NCBI RefSeq assembly: GCF_009914755.1
Contig: NC_060944.1
Source of the DNA: the human T2T-CHM13v2.0 reference genome, Homo sapiens
Direction: 5' to 3' (one strand)
DNA: 64,000 nucleotides
Under the pieces are notes generated by a model, which ran no database searches, was not told the DNA's origin, and worked only from the letters and a program-made list of their open reading frames with translations. Shown one piece after another: positions 49,200 to 64,000 of the stretch; position 1 is the stretch's first letter; every line of letters starts with the position of its first letter. Made by a program: the position numbers and the translations under genes.

Positions 49200-50762
49200 A
49201 ATAATTATTTTTAACTGTAGTCACCATGCTGTGCCCACAGAACACCAGAACTTATTCCTCCTATCTAACCGAAAGTTTGTACCCATTGACCAATGTCTCC
49301 CCTTTCCCCATCCACCCTCCCTCGAGGCTCTGGTAACAACCATGCTAATCTCTACGTCTATGAGTTCAATTTTTTTAGATTCCACATCTAAGTGAGATCA
49401 TATGGTATGTGTCTCTCTGTGCCTGCTTTATTTCACTTCACATAGTGTCTTCTAGGTTCATTCATATGATTGCAAATAACAGAATTTTCTGTTTTTTAAA
49501 GGCTGAATAGTACTCCAGTATCTATAGTTAATAATAATGTAAAGAGCTAAAAGAAAGATTTTTAAATGACCTCATCACAAATAAATAATAAATATTTGAG
49601 GTGATGGACATGCTGATCTCTCAATTAATTGATCCCTTTATTATTATATAATGACCTTCTTTGTCTCACTTTGTGGTTTTTTACCTAAAGTCTATTTTTT
49701 CTGTTGTAAGAAAAGCTGTTCCTGCTCTTTTCTGGTTTCTTTTTCCATGGAACATCTTTTTCCATCACTTAACTTTCAGCCTATGTGTTTCCTTAAAACT
49801 GAAATGAGTCTCTTGTAAGCAAAATACAGTTGAGTCATTTAAAAAAATCAATTCAGCCACTCCTTCAATTGGCAAACTGAATCCATTTACATTCAAAGTA
49901 AGTATTGATAGGTAAGGATTTACTTTTGCCATTTTGTTCATTCTTTTCTGGTTATTTTATACATCCTTTGTTCCTTTCTTCCTCTTTTGCTATCTTCCTT
50001 TGTGATTAGATTATTTTCTATATTAGAATGCTTTGATTCCTTTCTTCTTATCCTTTGTGTATCTACTGTCAGTTTTTGCTTTGTGATTACTATAAGGGTT
50101 ACACAAAACATATGTTGTTATAACCGGCTGTTTAAAGCTGATAACCACTTAACTTTGGTTGCAAAATATGATTCTACATTTTTATTGTATCTCTCCTGAT
50201 AATTTATGTTTCTGATGTCACAATTTACTGTTTATATTGTGTGTATCCCTTATCAGATTATTGTAACTTATTATTAATAGTTTTGTATTTTGTTTTATAC
50301 TCAATATATTAGTGACTTATCATCTTTACAGTATTAGAGTATTCTGAATTTAACTGTGTACTTACTTTTACCAGTGAGTTTCATACTTGCACCTGTTTTC
50401 ATTTTAGTTATTAACATCCTTTCCTTTCAGCTTGAAATATTTTCTTTAGCATTCCTTGATAGACTGGCCTGGTAGAAATGAACTCTCTCAGATTTTGTTT
50501 GTCTGTGAAAGTCTTTATCTTTTCTTCATTTCAGAAGCAAGGACTTGCTCAGTAAAATACTTTTGTTTGGAAGCTTTTTTCCTTCAGCATTTTGAATATA
50601 TCATCTCACTCTCCTGACCTGTGAGGCTTCAGTGGAGAAATTGACTGACAGCTGTATTGAGTCTTTCTTGTATGCGATATGCTTCTTTTCTCTTGCTTTT
50701 TTCAGAATTTTTTTCTCCCTGATTTTTGATAGCTTGAGTATAATGAGTCTTGGCTAATTGGT
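49200..50762 (-). mobile_element. Old L1M fragments
   Basis: L1MA-type 3' UTR 49200-49520; ORF1/inter-ORF sequence 49620-50760. Confidence 0.75.
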
Positions 50763-50764
50763 CT

Positions 50765-51398
50765 TGAGAAATCAGTATCTATGGCAGCCATAGCCTTATG
50801 AAATGCATTTCTTAAATAATAAGACCTGAAAGTCAAAATTATTCCTTGATCCATGGGCTGTAAGTGATTATTGTGTTAGCCAGCATAAAACCAACGTTAA
50901 TCTCCTTTTACATCTTCATCAGAGGTCTTGGGTACTAGGTACATTGCCAATGATCAGTGATATTTTGAAAGAAATCTTTTTCTCGGCAGTAGGTCTCAAC
51001 AGTGGGCTTAAAATATTCACTAAACCATGCTGTAAACAAATGTGCTGTCATCCAGACTTTGTTGTTCCATTTTTGGAACACAAGCTATAGCTTTAGCATA
51101 ATTCTTAAGGACCCTAGGATCTTTGAAATGGTAAAAGAACATTAGTCTCAACTTTAAGTCACCAGCTGCATAAGCCCCTAGCAAGAGAGTCAGCCTGTCT
51201 CTCAAAGCTTTTAAGCCAGGCATTGACTTCTCTTCTCTAGCTATGAAAGTGCTATATGGCACCTTCTTACAATAGAAGGCTATTTTGTTTACATTGAAAA
51301 TCTGTTGCTTAGTGTAGACACCCTCATCAATAATCTTAGCTAGATCTCCTGGATAACTCGCTGCAGCATCTACATCAGCATTTGCTACTTGACCTTGA
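50765..51398 (-). mobile_element. Tigger1 (pogo-family DNA transposon) transposase fragment
   Basis: ORF 51020-51262 [34 protein letters not shown] matches Tigger1/TIGD1 transposase. Confidence 0.9.
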
Positions 51399-51399
51399 A

Positions 51400-52110
51400 T
51401 TTTTTTTCAGAAGGTTGTTTTATAACTTTATTTGGTGTATTTGATGATCAACAGTTCTTATCCACATTGACTTTCTGTAGATTTTTGAAAGTGGTAACAG
51501 GTACGCAGGTAACCAAAGTATAGAGCTTGTTTGGTGAATCTTCATCCTCATTACATTTTCTGGACAACTGTACATGGATATGGTATAGGACATTCTTTAT
51601 TCCTTAAGCCCAAACAGCTTTGTTGAACCTGATATCAATCCTCACATTTGGAGACCCCATCTCTTCATGGAAAATTTCTGGATCTCATTGAGTGCCTGAG
51701 GGGCACACTTTAAAAAAATTTTTTTTAATTATACTTTAAGTTCTAGGGTACATGTGTACAACGTGCAGGTTTGTTACATATGTATACATGTGTCATGTTG
51801 GTGTGCTGCACCCATTAACTCGTCATTTACATTAGGTATATCTCCTAATGCTATCCCTCCCCCCTCCCCCCACCCCACGACAGGCCCCAGTGTGTGATGT
51901 TCCCCACCCTGTGTCCAAGTGTTCTCATTGTTCAATTCCCACCTAGGAGTGAGAACATGCGGTGTTTGGTTTTCTGTCCTTGCGATAGTTTGCTCAGTTT
52001 GATGGTTTCCAGCTTCATCCATGAGGGACACACTTTTTAAAGTTCACTCCATGGATGCACTTGTGAATGTCGATGGTGTACTTTCAGGTCACCACCTCAC
52101 TGATGGCAAT
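51400..52110 (-). pseudogene. RPL31P3: Processed pseudogene of ribosomal protein L31, split by an L1 3' end
   Basis: Minus strand reads AISEVVT*KYTIDIHKCIHGVNFKK... and ...[33 protein letters not shown], matching RPL31. AATAAA 51427-51432, poly(A) 51400-51407; N-terminal ~14 codons missing. Confidence 0.92.
51719..52021 (-). mobile_element. L1PA4/5-like 3' end inserted in the RPL31 pseudogene
   Basis: L1 3' UTR with T-tail; TSD tgaggg(g/a)cacacttt (51697 / 52022). Confidence 0.92.
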
Positions 52111-52124
52111 CTGTCTTCATGAGG

Positions 52125-53910
<1,786 letters not shown>

Positions 53911-55028
53911 GTAACTCTACTATTAAAGTTACAGTCTCCAGAAAGTTTGACTCATCATTGTTTTGAGATCTGTCCATGTTGTGTGGAGATAGCAATTGTT
54001 CACTCATTTTTATTATGGCATAGTGTTCCATTACCATAACTAATTTATCCATACTACTGATCATAAGCATTGGGTTCTTTCTAGTTTGGGGTCATTATAA
54101 ATAATGCTACTATGAACACTCTTGTTCGTAACTTTTTATGCACATATGTAGGCCTTTCTATTGGGGAAATTGAGAGGTCATAGATATGCATGTGATCAGC
54201 TTTTTAATCTGCTGTCAAATAGCTTCCCAAAGTGGTGTACCATTTTAATACACCCCCACTGATACTTGATATTGTTAATCTTCATTAAGTTTAGCTAATC
54301 TCTGTGTGTAATGATAGCTCATTACAGTTTTAATTTGTATTTCCTTAATGACCAGTGGAATTAAGAGCTTTTTCATATATTTATGGGTCATTCGGATGCT
54401 CTGTTCAACACTTTGGCTTTTTTGTTCTTGGAGTGCGTGTCTGAGTTTTTCTTAATGAATTGTAAAAATTCTTCATGTATTCAAGACACAAGATCTTTGT
54501 TGGTTATAGGTTTTGAAAATAGCTGTCACAATTTTGTGGCTTAACTTTTCTGCCTCTTAATGACATCTTTTGTTCAACAGATGTTCCTAATTTTAATGAA
54601 GTCTAATTTATCAATCTCTTTCTTTACAGTTGGTACATTCTGTGTCTTAAGAAATCTTTACTTACCCCAAGGTCTTAAACATACTTTCTTATGTTTGTTC
54701 TAAAAACTTTATTGTTTTATTATTATTGTTATCTACATGGAACTGATTTTAGGTGTGAAGGAAAGATCAACTGATAACCATTTATTGAAAATACCATCCT
54801 TCTGCCATTACTCTATTGTTCTACTTTTCTCATGGAATCATACATGATTAGATCTCTTTCTAGACTCTATTTTGTTCCTTAGTTTCTTTATCTTTGCATC
54901 AGTAGTACATTTTACTAATTACTATGGCTTTATAATAAGTCTTAATATCCAGGAATGTAAATTCTCTAACTTTGTTCTTCACAATTATATTGGCTATTCT
55001 TTGCCCATTTATTTCTATCAATCTTTGA

Positions 55029-55490
<462 letters not shown>

Positions 55491-58400
55491 CTTTTTTCCA
55501 ATTTTAAAGGGACTGTACCTAAAGATCCTTGAATAAATCTAACATTTGCCACAAAATTTTGGCATGTAATCTTTAGCATGTTTGATAGTGCTCGTCTCTT
55601 CCTAATTAGCTAAATATTCTATTATACTTAATTTTTGAAATTTATAAAATATTTTCTATGTATCATTTAAGAATCATATAATTCTTCTTTTTTCTATTAG
55701 GCTAGAGATTTACATTGCTAGAGTTTCTGTTGTTATTCATCCTCATGGCTTCCAGATAGATCCTAATTGATATACAGGAAGTATATTTTTAACACAGTAT
55801 TAGGTTCCATTATTCACTATTCTATTTGGGATTTTGGCATATATATGCAGAGGAGCTACAGCCTATTGTTTCTCTTTCCTATTGTTTTTACCTGCCTTTG
55901 AAGTCAAGATAACACTGACCTCCTAAGATCATTTAGGCAGCTTTTACATTTCCTCTATTTTCTGGAACAATTTGTGTAATACAAGAATTAACTGTTCCTT
56001 CAAAGTTTGCTAGATCTAAGGGTATTATACAATTCTTCTATAATTTATGTAACTAGGACACATTTGAGAATAAAGGGGGTATTAATAATAATTATTCCAA
56101 GACAAAAGAACTTGAACTATTTTAAGCAAAGCAAAGTAGAACTCAATGTTAATACTTTATGAGTCTGAGACTTAGTGGGAGGGGGAGGCCTGTCAGTACC
56201 ATTTCAGTGTCTTTATGCTTGGTTGATCTTCTCAGGTTTGCACTTCTTCCAGTGCTAGTCTTGATGGGCTGTATTTCCTTTAAGTATTTTTCAAATGTAT
56301 CATGTATATTTCCTCATAATAGAGTTTTATTATTCTTAATCTCTGTGGTGTCTATAGTTATTTCCAGCTTTTTAACTGTTTTTAATTATTTCCATTTTTT
56401 TCTTGATAAGATTATCAAAAATCTATTTATCTTTAGCAAGAATTAAGATTCCAGTTCTGTTATTTATATTCCAGGGTATTCGTTGTTGTTATAGTCCATT
56501 GGGTTAAACTCAATGAAATGCCTGAACTTATTATGTCATTTCTCTTGGTTTCTCTAGATATCCTCTTGCTGTTTTTCTAGCATCTAAAATTTAATGCTTA
56601 GCTTATTTTTAAACTAATATTATTACAAAAGGGGTATATTTTATTGTATGTTAAAATACAGATAAGCAAAAAATGAAACAATAAAAACACTATATCACTA
56701 TTACCTAGAGATTGCCACAGTTAACATCTTATTGTATATTACTGGATCTTTTTCTATGCATAGATTTTATTAAAATGAAATCTCACTACACATTGTTTCA
56801 TAATCTGCTTTGTTTCATTTATAATCTTCATTTTTCAATTTTAACGCATTTTGTTCATATTTAACGCCCAGGCTATATTCAAATTTCCCCAATTGTGCTA
56901 GAAATGTTCCGTGAAGCTGGTATGCTTAAATGACTGAATGTGATTTATTTATATCCCTTTGATCTCTTTCAGTCTAGCACAGTCCCCATTTTGTCACACT
57001 GATTTGTTGAAAACATTGAGCCAGTTGTTTTTACACTGATCCACCTTCTGATTTTCTAGTTTCCTTTTGCTTCCTCACCAATTTATTTTGTACGTAGGAA
57101 GTTAGTTCTTATGGCTTTATTGACGTACACTAATAATCTTGGCAAAAATGTATCAGAGCTGAAGCTGTGTTCTTTATACTGCATCACATCAGAAGTCATT
57201 TAATATCTGGATGTCCCTTGCTATTCAGATTCACAAGTGAATTAAAGTGACGACTGTCTGGTCTTTTTATTGGACAGTGTTGATTTTTCACTTTCATATT
57301 CAAATTGGTCTGTATGTTGTTACTTTTGCCAAGTAACAAATATCTGGTTCCATGTCAATCACATCCTTAATGGTTTTAACACAAATTATGGTCCTTGCCT
57401 GAATCAATAAATTCTTTAGGCGTTGCAGAATACAATTCAGTAAAATATAGCTTTCCCTCATCAACAAGAGCTATTTGATTACTAGAAATACAGCTCTTAC
57501 TGGAGAGGCAGGATAAATGCTTAATTCTTTCAAATTACTTATTGGTCTTTGAAGTAAGTAGTTTGCTTAGTAGCTGCTTCAAATGGTGACATATGAGTTT
57601 TTCTGGTTATCCCATCTCTGAGTATCTTTAGACAATCATGCCTTTTCATTGATTCATTGTATTCCAGTCCATTTTATTTGTTACTATTTTTGATGCTCAA
57701 ATTGTTATAACCTTATCAAGTAGAGATTTCCTCTGGCTGGATTATATATCCCTTTACATGACCCATTCGTTTTTTAAAGCTTTGATGATTTCTGCACAAG
57801 AAAATGTCCTGGGCTCACACTGTAAGTCCACAGCACTAGACCAGGGTTCAGCCATTTTTCTAAATGGCCCTGGTTGCTTTGAGTGAAGACTTGACTTGCA
57901 GACCAAAATCTGGGCACTTATGCTCATTGCTAATACGGTGCTATTGGTTCTAGTCAATTTAAGTTGGAAAAACTAAAATATTTACATTTTAATGCTTGTG
58001 AGGTTTCTGGATTCTGTTTAGCCACCTAAATTTAGGTCTCCTTACAATACTCCAAAAGTCATATATATCATATGAATCAATAAGAAAAGCATATAAAATT
58101 ATCCATAACAAATGCCTACAATATAATCAAAAGACAGAGCTTCCATATATACAATTATAATTTGTCAAGTAACAATGGCAAATAAATAAGGCAGATATTC
58201 TTAGGTTATTCATTATGTTGATATGTGATAAGATGTCCCATATCACTCAGCCTGTGGTAATATTTTATAAATGTTCTTGTCTCTATTTGAGAACAATTTG
58301 TATCATTTGGATGCAGTGTTCTGTATATTAGATTAATCCTACTAACTGGTGATTACCACATCTATATTCAGAGGAGGATTTCTAAGTCCCCGACTTTAAT

Positions 58401-59383
58401 TATGGATTCATCCATTCCTCTTTATTTCTGATGATTTTTATTTACATATATTTCCATGCTGTATTAATAAAGGTACAAAAATATGTTTGGAAAACATGTC
58501 TTCCCAGTAAGTTGAACATTTTATCACTACGCAGTTATACTTTTTATCTCAATAATGCTTTCTTTCCTGGAAGTCTATTTTGTGTGATATTAATTTAGCT
58601 AAACTGCTTTCTTTGGGTTAGTGTATTTCCTATTCATTTCAACTTTATTTTTTTAATCCCAAATACTCATCTCCTAATTTATGTGCAATTTTAATTTTAT
58701 CTTATTGTTTTTGGTTAAGAAAAATACTATTGTTATTATTTTATCAATGAATGATTGCAAATTTGCCACATATTTACAAGTATTGACCTTCTGTCTAAAG
58801 CTTCTCTCTTAGAATTTCCTTTGGTGATAGCCTATTATAGAAAATTCTCCTAGATTTTATCTGAAAATATCTACAGTATATCTTCATTCTTAAATTACAA
58901 TTTCATTAGGTGTAGGAATATATGTGAGAGTTATTCTTCCTCAGCACACTGAAAATATAGTATCATTGTCTTCATGCTTTCTTTGTTGATGCTGAAAAAG
59001 TTGCTGTCAGTCTAATATTTGCTCCCTTGCAGGTAATAGGACCTTTTTCTCTAGCTGGTTTCAGATCTTCTCCTTGTTTTCATTATTCTACATTTTCCCT
59101 GTGTTCTATCTACATGTGCATTTTTCATATTTACCCTGGTTTTGATTTATTAGGGTTTTTTTTGAGTCTGAAAGATTGGTGTTTTTCATCAGTTCACAAG
59201 TTCTCAGTCATGTTAACTGGTACTATTACTTCTGCTCCCATTTTCTCTCCTCTTTCCTTCTAGAATTCCAAATAAACATGTTTAGGACTTCTCACTATAT
59301 TTTCTATGTCTCTTAACCTCCCTTTTATTTTTTTAATCTTTTTGTCTATCTGCACTAAATTCTGAATAATTTCTTCTGAATAA

Positions 59384-59791
<408 letters not shown>

Positions 59792-59860
59792 AAGATCTGC
59801 TTGCTTTTTATTTATAATTTCAAGTCTTGATTTTTTCTTGAAACATATTAAAGATGATTA

Positions 59861-60179
59861 TTTTTTCTTTTTTTTTTTTTTTTTTTTGAGATGGAGTCTT
59901 GCTTTGTCACCCAGGCTGGAATGCTTTGTCACCCAGGCTGGCCCAATCTCATCTCACTGCAACCTCTGGCTTCTGGGTTCAAGCGATTCTCCTGCCTCAG
60001 CCTCCCGAGTGGATGGGATCACAGGGACATGCCACCACGCCTGGCTAATTTTTTTTTTTTAGCAGAGAGGGGGTTTCACCATGTTGGCCAGGCTAGTCTT
60101 GAACTCCCAGTCTCAGGTGATCTGCCCACCTTGCCCTCCCAAAGTGTGGGATTACAGACGTGAGCCAATGTGCCCAGCC
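59861..60179 (-). mobile_element. AluS with internal duplication
   Basis: Dimer; TSD taaagat(g/a)atta; gctttgtcacccaggctgg occurs twice. Confidence 0.92.
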
Positions 60180-62555
60180 ATAAAGATAATTACTTTCTAT
60201 TCTGTGACTGACAACTTCAATATCTGAATTGTTCCAGGTTTGAGTTTACTATTTATTCTTTCTGCTGCTTCTCATTCATAATGCTTTATTTTCTTGAGAG
60301 TTTTGTGATTTTTGTCTGCGAACTGATCATTTTCTTTAAACTTTTTTAAAGAGGTCTAGGATTAAGATGAGTTCTTCAGAGAATATTTATGTTTACTTCT
60401 GTCAGGCAACTGAGGGCATTACCAGTCTGGGCCTGTGTAAATTAGATTCTCAGCTTTAGATTTTTCATATCATCAGAGTGCCATGATTCAGGCTATATAC
60501 TAAGTGAGGGCCTGCTTGGGATTACAAAATCTCAGAGGAGACTCCCTTGCACACACACACCCAATCTTCTCATTAACTAAATTAAAAACAGTTCATTTTC
60601 CTTGCAATCCAACTGGGGAGTAGGGATTGTTTCCAGCTCACTGTTATTGTAAAGACGCAATTCTTTGAAGTCCCATATTGATGCAGGAGTCTCTTATTAG
60701 GTTTTTTACCACTGGTACTCTGGATAGTAATTTCCATTTCTCAGTTCCATAAGGCCATGAAAAGCATAACTCAAGTTCATATGGTTCAGGAAATACCCTC
60801 AAGGTGGAAACTGTTTCAGTGTTTCTTTTCCTAAAAGGACTCCCTTCTCAATTCAATTTCTTGGTTCCATATTATTTAATTTTTGCAAGCTTATGAAATC
60901 ATTTAAGAAAATATGAAAAATATCCATTTTAGAGATGTTTTCAGCAGAAAAGTACTCACTCTGCCATGGAGTTCAAGGCAAATGCTTAAGCCCAATGTTA
61001 AGCTTTGTTGCTCAGCATGGCTACTAGGGAAAGAAGATTCTTTCTGCCTATTCTTGAAATTTGGTTGCTATTTGACCAGTATCTTCTCTTTTGCTTTTTC
61101 TAAACAAGTCTAAATATGTCTGAACCTCAAGGTTATGTGCAACTTGAGTTTTTTTCAAACTTAGGTTTCTTTATCCTCTTATAAATTAGACAGTGTCACT
61201 TTATAATCTCCTTCAGGTAAGTACTTTACTGCCCATAAGATTATCTCATGCCCCACCAGAGAAATCTTTGAACTAAAGAAGTAATAAAATATTTTCCCAG
61301 TGTTGGACTTACCTTTTAATTTGTGTATGGTACATTTTGCCATAGAGAAGTAATTAAATTTAAGTAGTTAATTCTTCATAGCTGTTTTCTGGTTTTGTGC
61401 TTACAAATTTCCAGCAAAGTCTCTCTAAATAGTAAGTAATAAAGCCAACATTCATATCCCAAACCCTCAACTATATCCATTGTACCACACCATCTCTACA
61501 TATAGTGAAACAGCTGGAGAAGGCTGACTCCTTTCTAGATAATGCCAGTTGCAGCTGCGATATCCATTGTTCTATAGGTTTTTGTGGGGGGTTTTTTTTG
61601 TGTGTTTTTTTTTTCCTTTCTAATATACCAGAGGTGCATACCATTATCTTGGTCCATACAAAATTTTTGGCATCTTTATAGCCCTCTTTAATGTTTATTT
61701 ATTGTAATGTTTTTATTCATTTATTTTAAAAATAACGAGTCCTTCACAAATACAAGAGCTAAAATAGCATCAATAACTTAAATTTAAATACTCCTGTATT
61801 CCTCTAAAATCCCACACATCCTGCCTTTCCTTATCCACTCCCCAAGAATTTAACATATTTATTTGTATTTCTAAGTAGCATAATGGTAATTTTTATTGTT
61901 TAAAGTTTAATTTTGGGGAGAAAAATAAAACTGGGAAAAAAATAGTTTTATTTTTAAAAGAGGTAACAAAGTCTTCTTTGGTATGCATAGTCTTCTAAGA
62001 TTTGTCTTTTACAATCCATAATATATTATTATTATTAAAATTCAACTATTGTGTGTAGCTGAATTTTACTTCTTTTCCCTGATACGTAGCTCATTCTTTG
62101 AATATATCACAATTTATTTATCTATTTGCCTGTCAAAGAACATTTATGTTCCTTACAGTTTGTAGCTTACCTTTTTACTTTCTTTTGGGTATCTTTTGAT
62201 GGACAGAAATTCTTATATTTTTACATACTCAAACTTATCAATGTTTTCAATATAATTTTCAATACAGTGCTCACATGAAGACTCAGGTTATATATACATA
62301 AAATTTCAAGTGCACCCGTTTTCATAAAAGAAATGGAGTAAGTGAATTCCTCCACAGCTGTCACCATAAGTTCTCAGCATTTTAGTCTATTGAAATTCCT
62401 CCACAGTGATGCTCCCCTTGACAATACATTTATTTATTAGCACTCATTTCATGCTTATCCTTCTATGAAGGGCCAGGTATAATAAATTCTTCAGTACCTA
62501 AATAAACTAAAAATAATTCCAATATATAAACAATGCTCAAAGTCATCCCTTGTTT

Positions 62556-62874
62556 ATAAGTATTTGAATAAACTAAAAATTATTTCTTCTATTTTCTTTG
62601 GATCAGGATGGCAGCAAAAAAAAGGATATTTTTTTTCTTCGCTGAAGTTTTGGAAAGAAGGAATGCCTTTGTGTCAGGCTAGTATATGGCCTCCCACAGA
62701 AACCCAAAACAGTAGCTACATCTGCTGGCCTCCTGGTAGATCCCAGAAAACTACCAAAAACTTTTACAGTCCTTGCTGCATTTGAATCACAGTGCCCCTG
62801 TATGTCCCCTCCCACATCCAAACAGACAGGGGACTCCTCCCTGCTGCCTGGCATGCCTTCTCAGCAGGCCTCAC
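62556..62874 (-). pseudogene. Degenerate beta-defensin-like exon 2 (DEFB116-like N-terminus, possibly two tandem Cys motifs)
   Basis: A pyrimidine tract precedes GGC CTG CTG AGA AGG CAT (GLLRRH; DEFB116 has GLFRSH), then GSREES..C..QGHC/xFKCSKD...GIYQEASRCS and a later CCHPDPKK, with frameshifts and stops. Confidence 0.45.
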
Positions 62875-64000
62875 ATAGATAGGGAGAATAAGTGCTGCAG
62901 GGAGCCCTCCTCAGAATGAAACTCAAACCTGATCTAATTCCGCCCCAGTCTGAAGGGATTGCCCTCTCCCAATCGCCCTGAATAGGAAGACCACTACGAA
63001 ATACTCAAAACTCTCTCAGAATCCACCAGAGCAATGGGCAAAATGCTGACACAGAGAGAGGTGCAGGAAGGTAGTCTCTCTCTCTCTCTCACTCTTTCCA
63101 TCCGGACAGAGACACACGGCTGCATCACCCAAAGCAAATGTCAGTACCTTTTTTAAGTTCCTTATTACCACGGTTTTTTGGGTAATACTTTGTATCGCCA
63201 TCAGACTTTGTATCGCCAACATCAATTTATTTTCACTTCTAATATTTCCTCATTGCTCAGTCTGATAGTCAGAAGAAATCTTCTTTTGAATTTCACCATT
63301 GTGTGTGACCCACTGAATGCCTGTGTGAAGGTCACTTTCCTTTCTGGGGCTCAGTTTCCCCATCTTCGTCTTCTTCACAAGACAATCTACAGGGTATAAC
63401 AGTGTTGGTGGGATTATTTTTTAAAAAGAAAACAAAAACACTGGCAGTGATTAGTTCCCATATGTAGAGAGAATTGAGGAGCAGCGCAAGAAAAAAGAGA
63501 GTCTGGATGAGGGAGACGAGAAGGACAGAAAGATGATTGTGTTGACTTTGAAATAGTGGAGGGATGTGAGAAACTACTCTCAGGGTATTCTTGTGGAAAT
63601 GCTCAGCTTCAAGAGGTGCCCTCTCTGATCATACCAGCCTTTTTCTTCCTCTAGCCAACTTCCAAATTCTAACATTTGAACCATTCAGTGCCTATGAAGT
63701 TCTCACCCAAGGAATTTGGGAAGTTATGGAGAAAGGCCTCTGGATATTTTCATTTGGAGGAGGGAACAGAATAAATTTTAATAGACCCCGATCTACCTGA
63801 TTACGTGGCTCCATTTAAGCCTAACACAGATTCAAGTTCCACACAACTACAGACCAATCCCAAGTTCTGATCACTCACACTTTTGTTCAAATTGAGCCTA
63901 AACTCTGTTTCCATCTTAACTCCAAACTCCAACCCTACTCTACCCAAGGTCTATCCATGTTTAACCCCAAGACAACCACAACCTAACTTTACTACCACTA

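Overview
Repeat-dense primate genomic DNA, almost certainly human. It matches the epididymal/testicular beta-defensin cluster at 20q11.21, recognised from DEFB116 plus the DKKL1 and RPL31 retrocopies. The only intact gene is DEFB116 (- strand, two coding exons 48730-48664 and 43598-43357, 102 aa). There are three processed pseudogenes: DKKL1 (+), CDK5RAP3 (-) and RPL31 (-). Most of the rest is nested LINE-1, Alu, MaLR LTR, ERV pol, Tigger1, MADE1 and MIR sequence, and most ORFs in the track are repeat fragments or noise. The most interesting signals are apparent remnants of extra, dead beta-defensin genes: (i) a ~3.2 kb diverged copy of the DEFB116 intron (27290-30454) cut by an L1 about 10 nt before its expected exon 1, with a possible relic exon 2 near 962-1098; (ii) a degenerate DEFB116-like exon at ~62560-62875 that seems to hold two tandem cysteine motifs. 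Also notable are a spliced L1 insertion (SpIRE 97/622-type junction) and a DKKL1 retrocopy that lost its ATG but gained a new one in front of an intact signal peptide. All alignments were done by eye and reference sequences are recalled, so repeat subfamily names and repeat boundaries are approximate.
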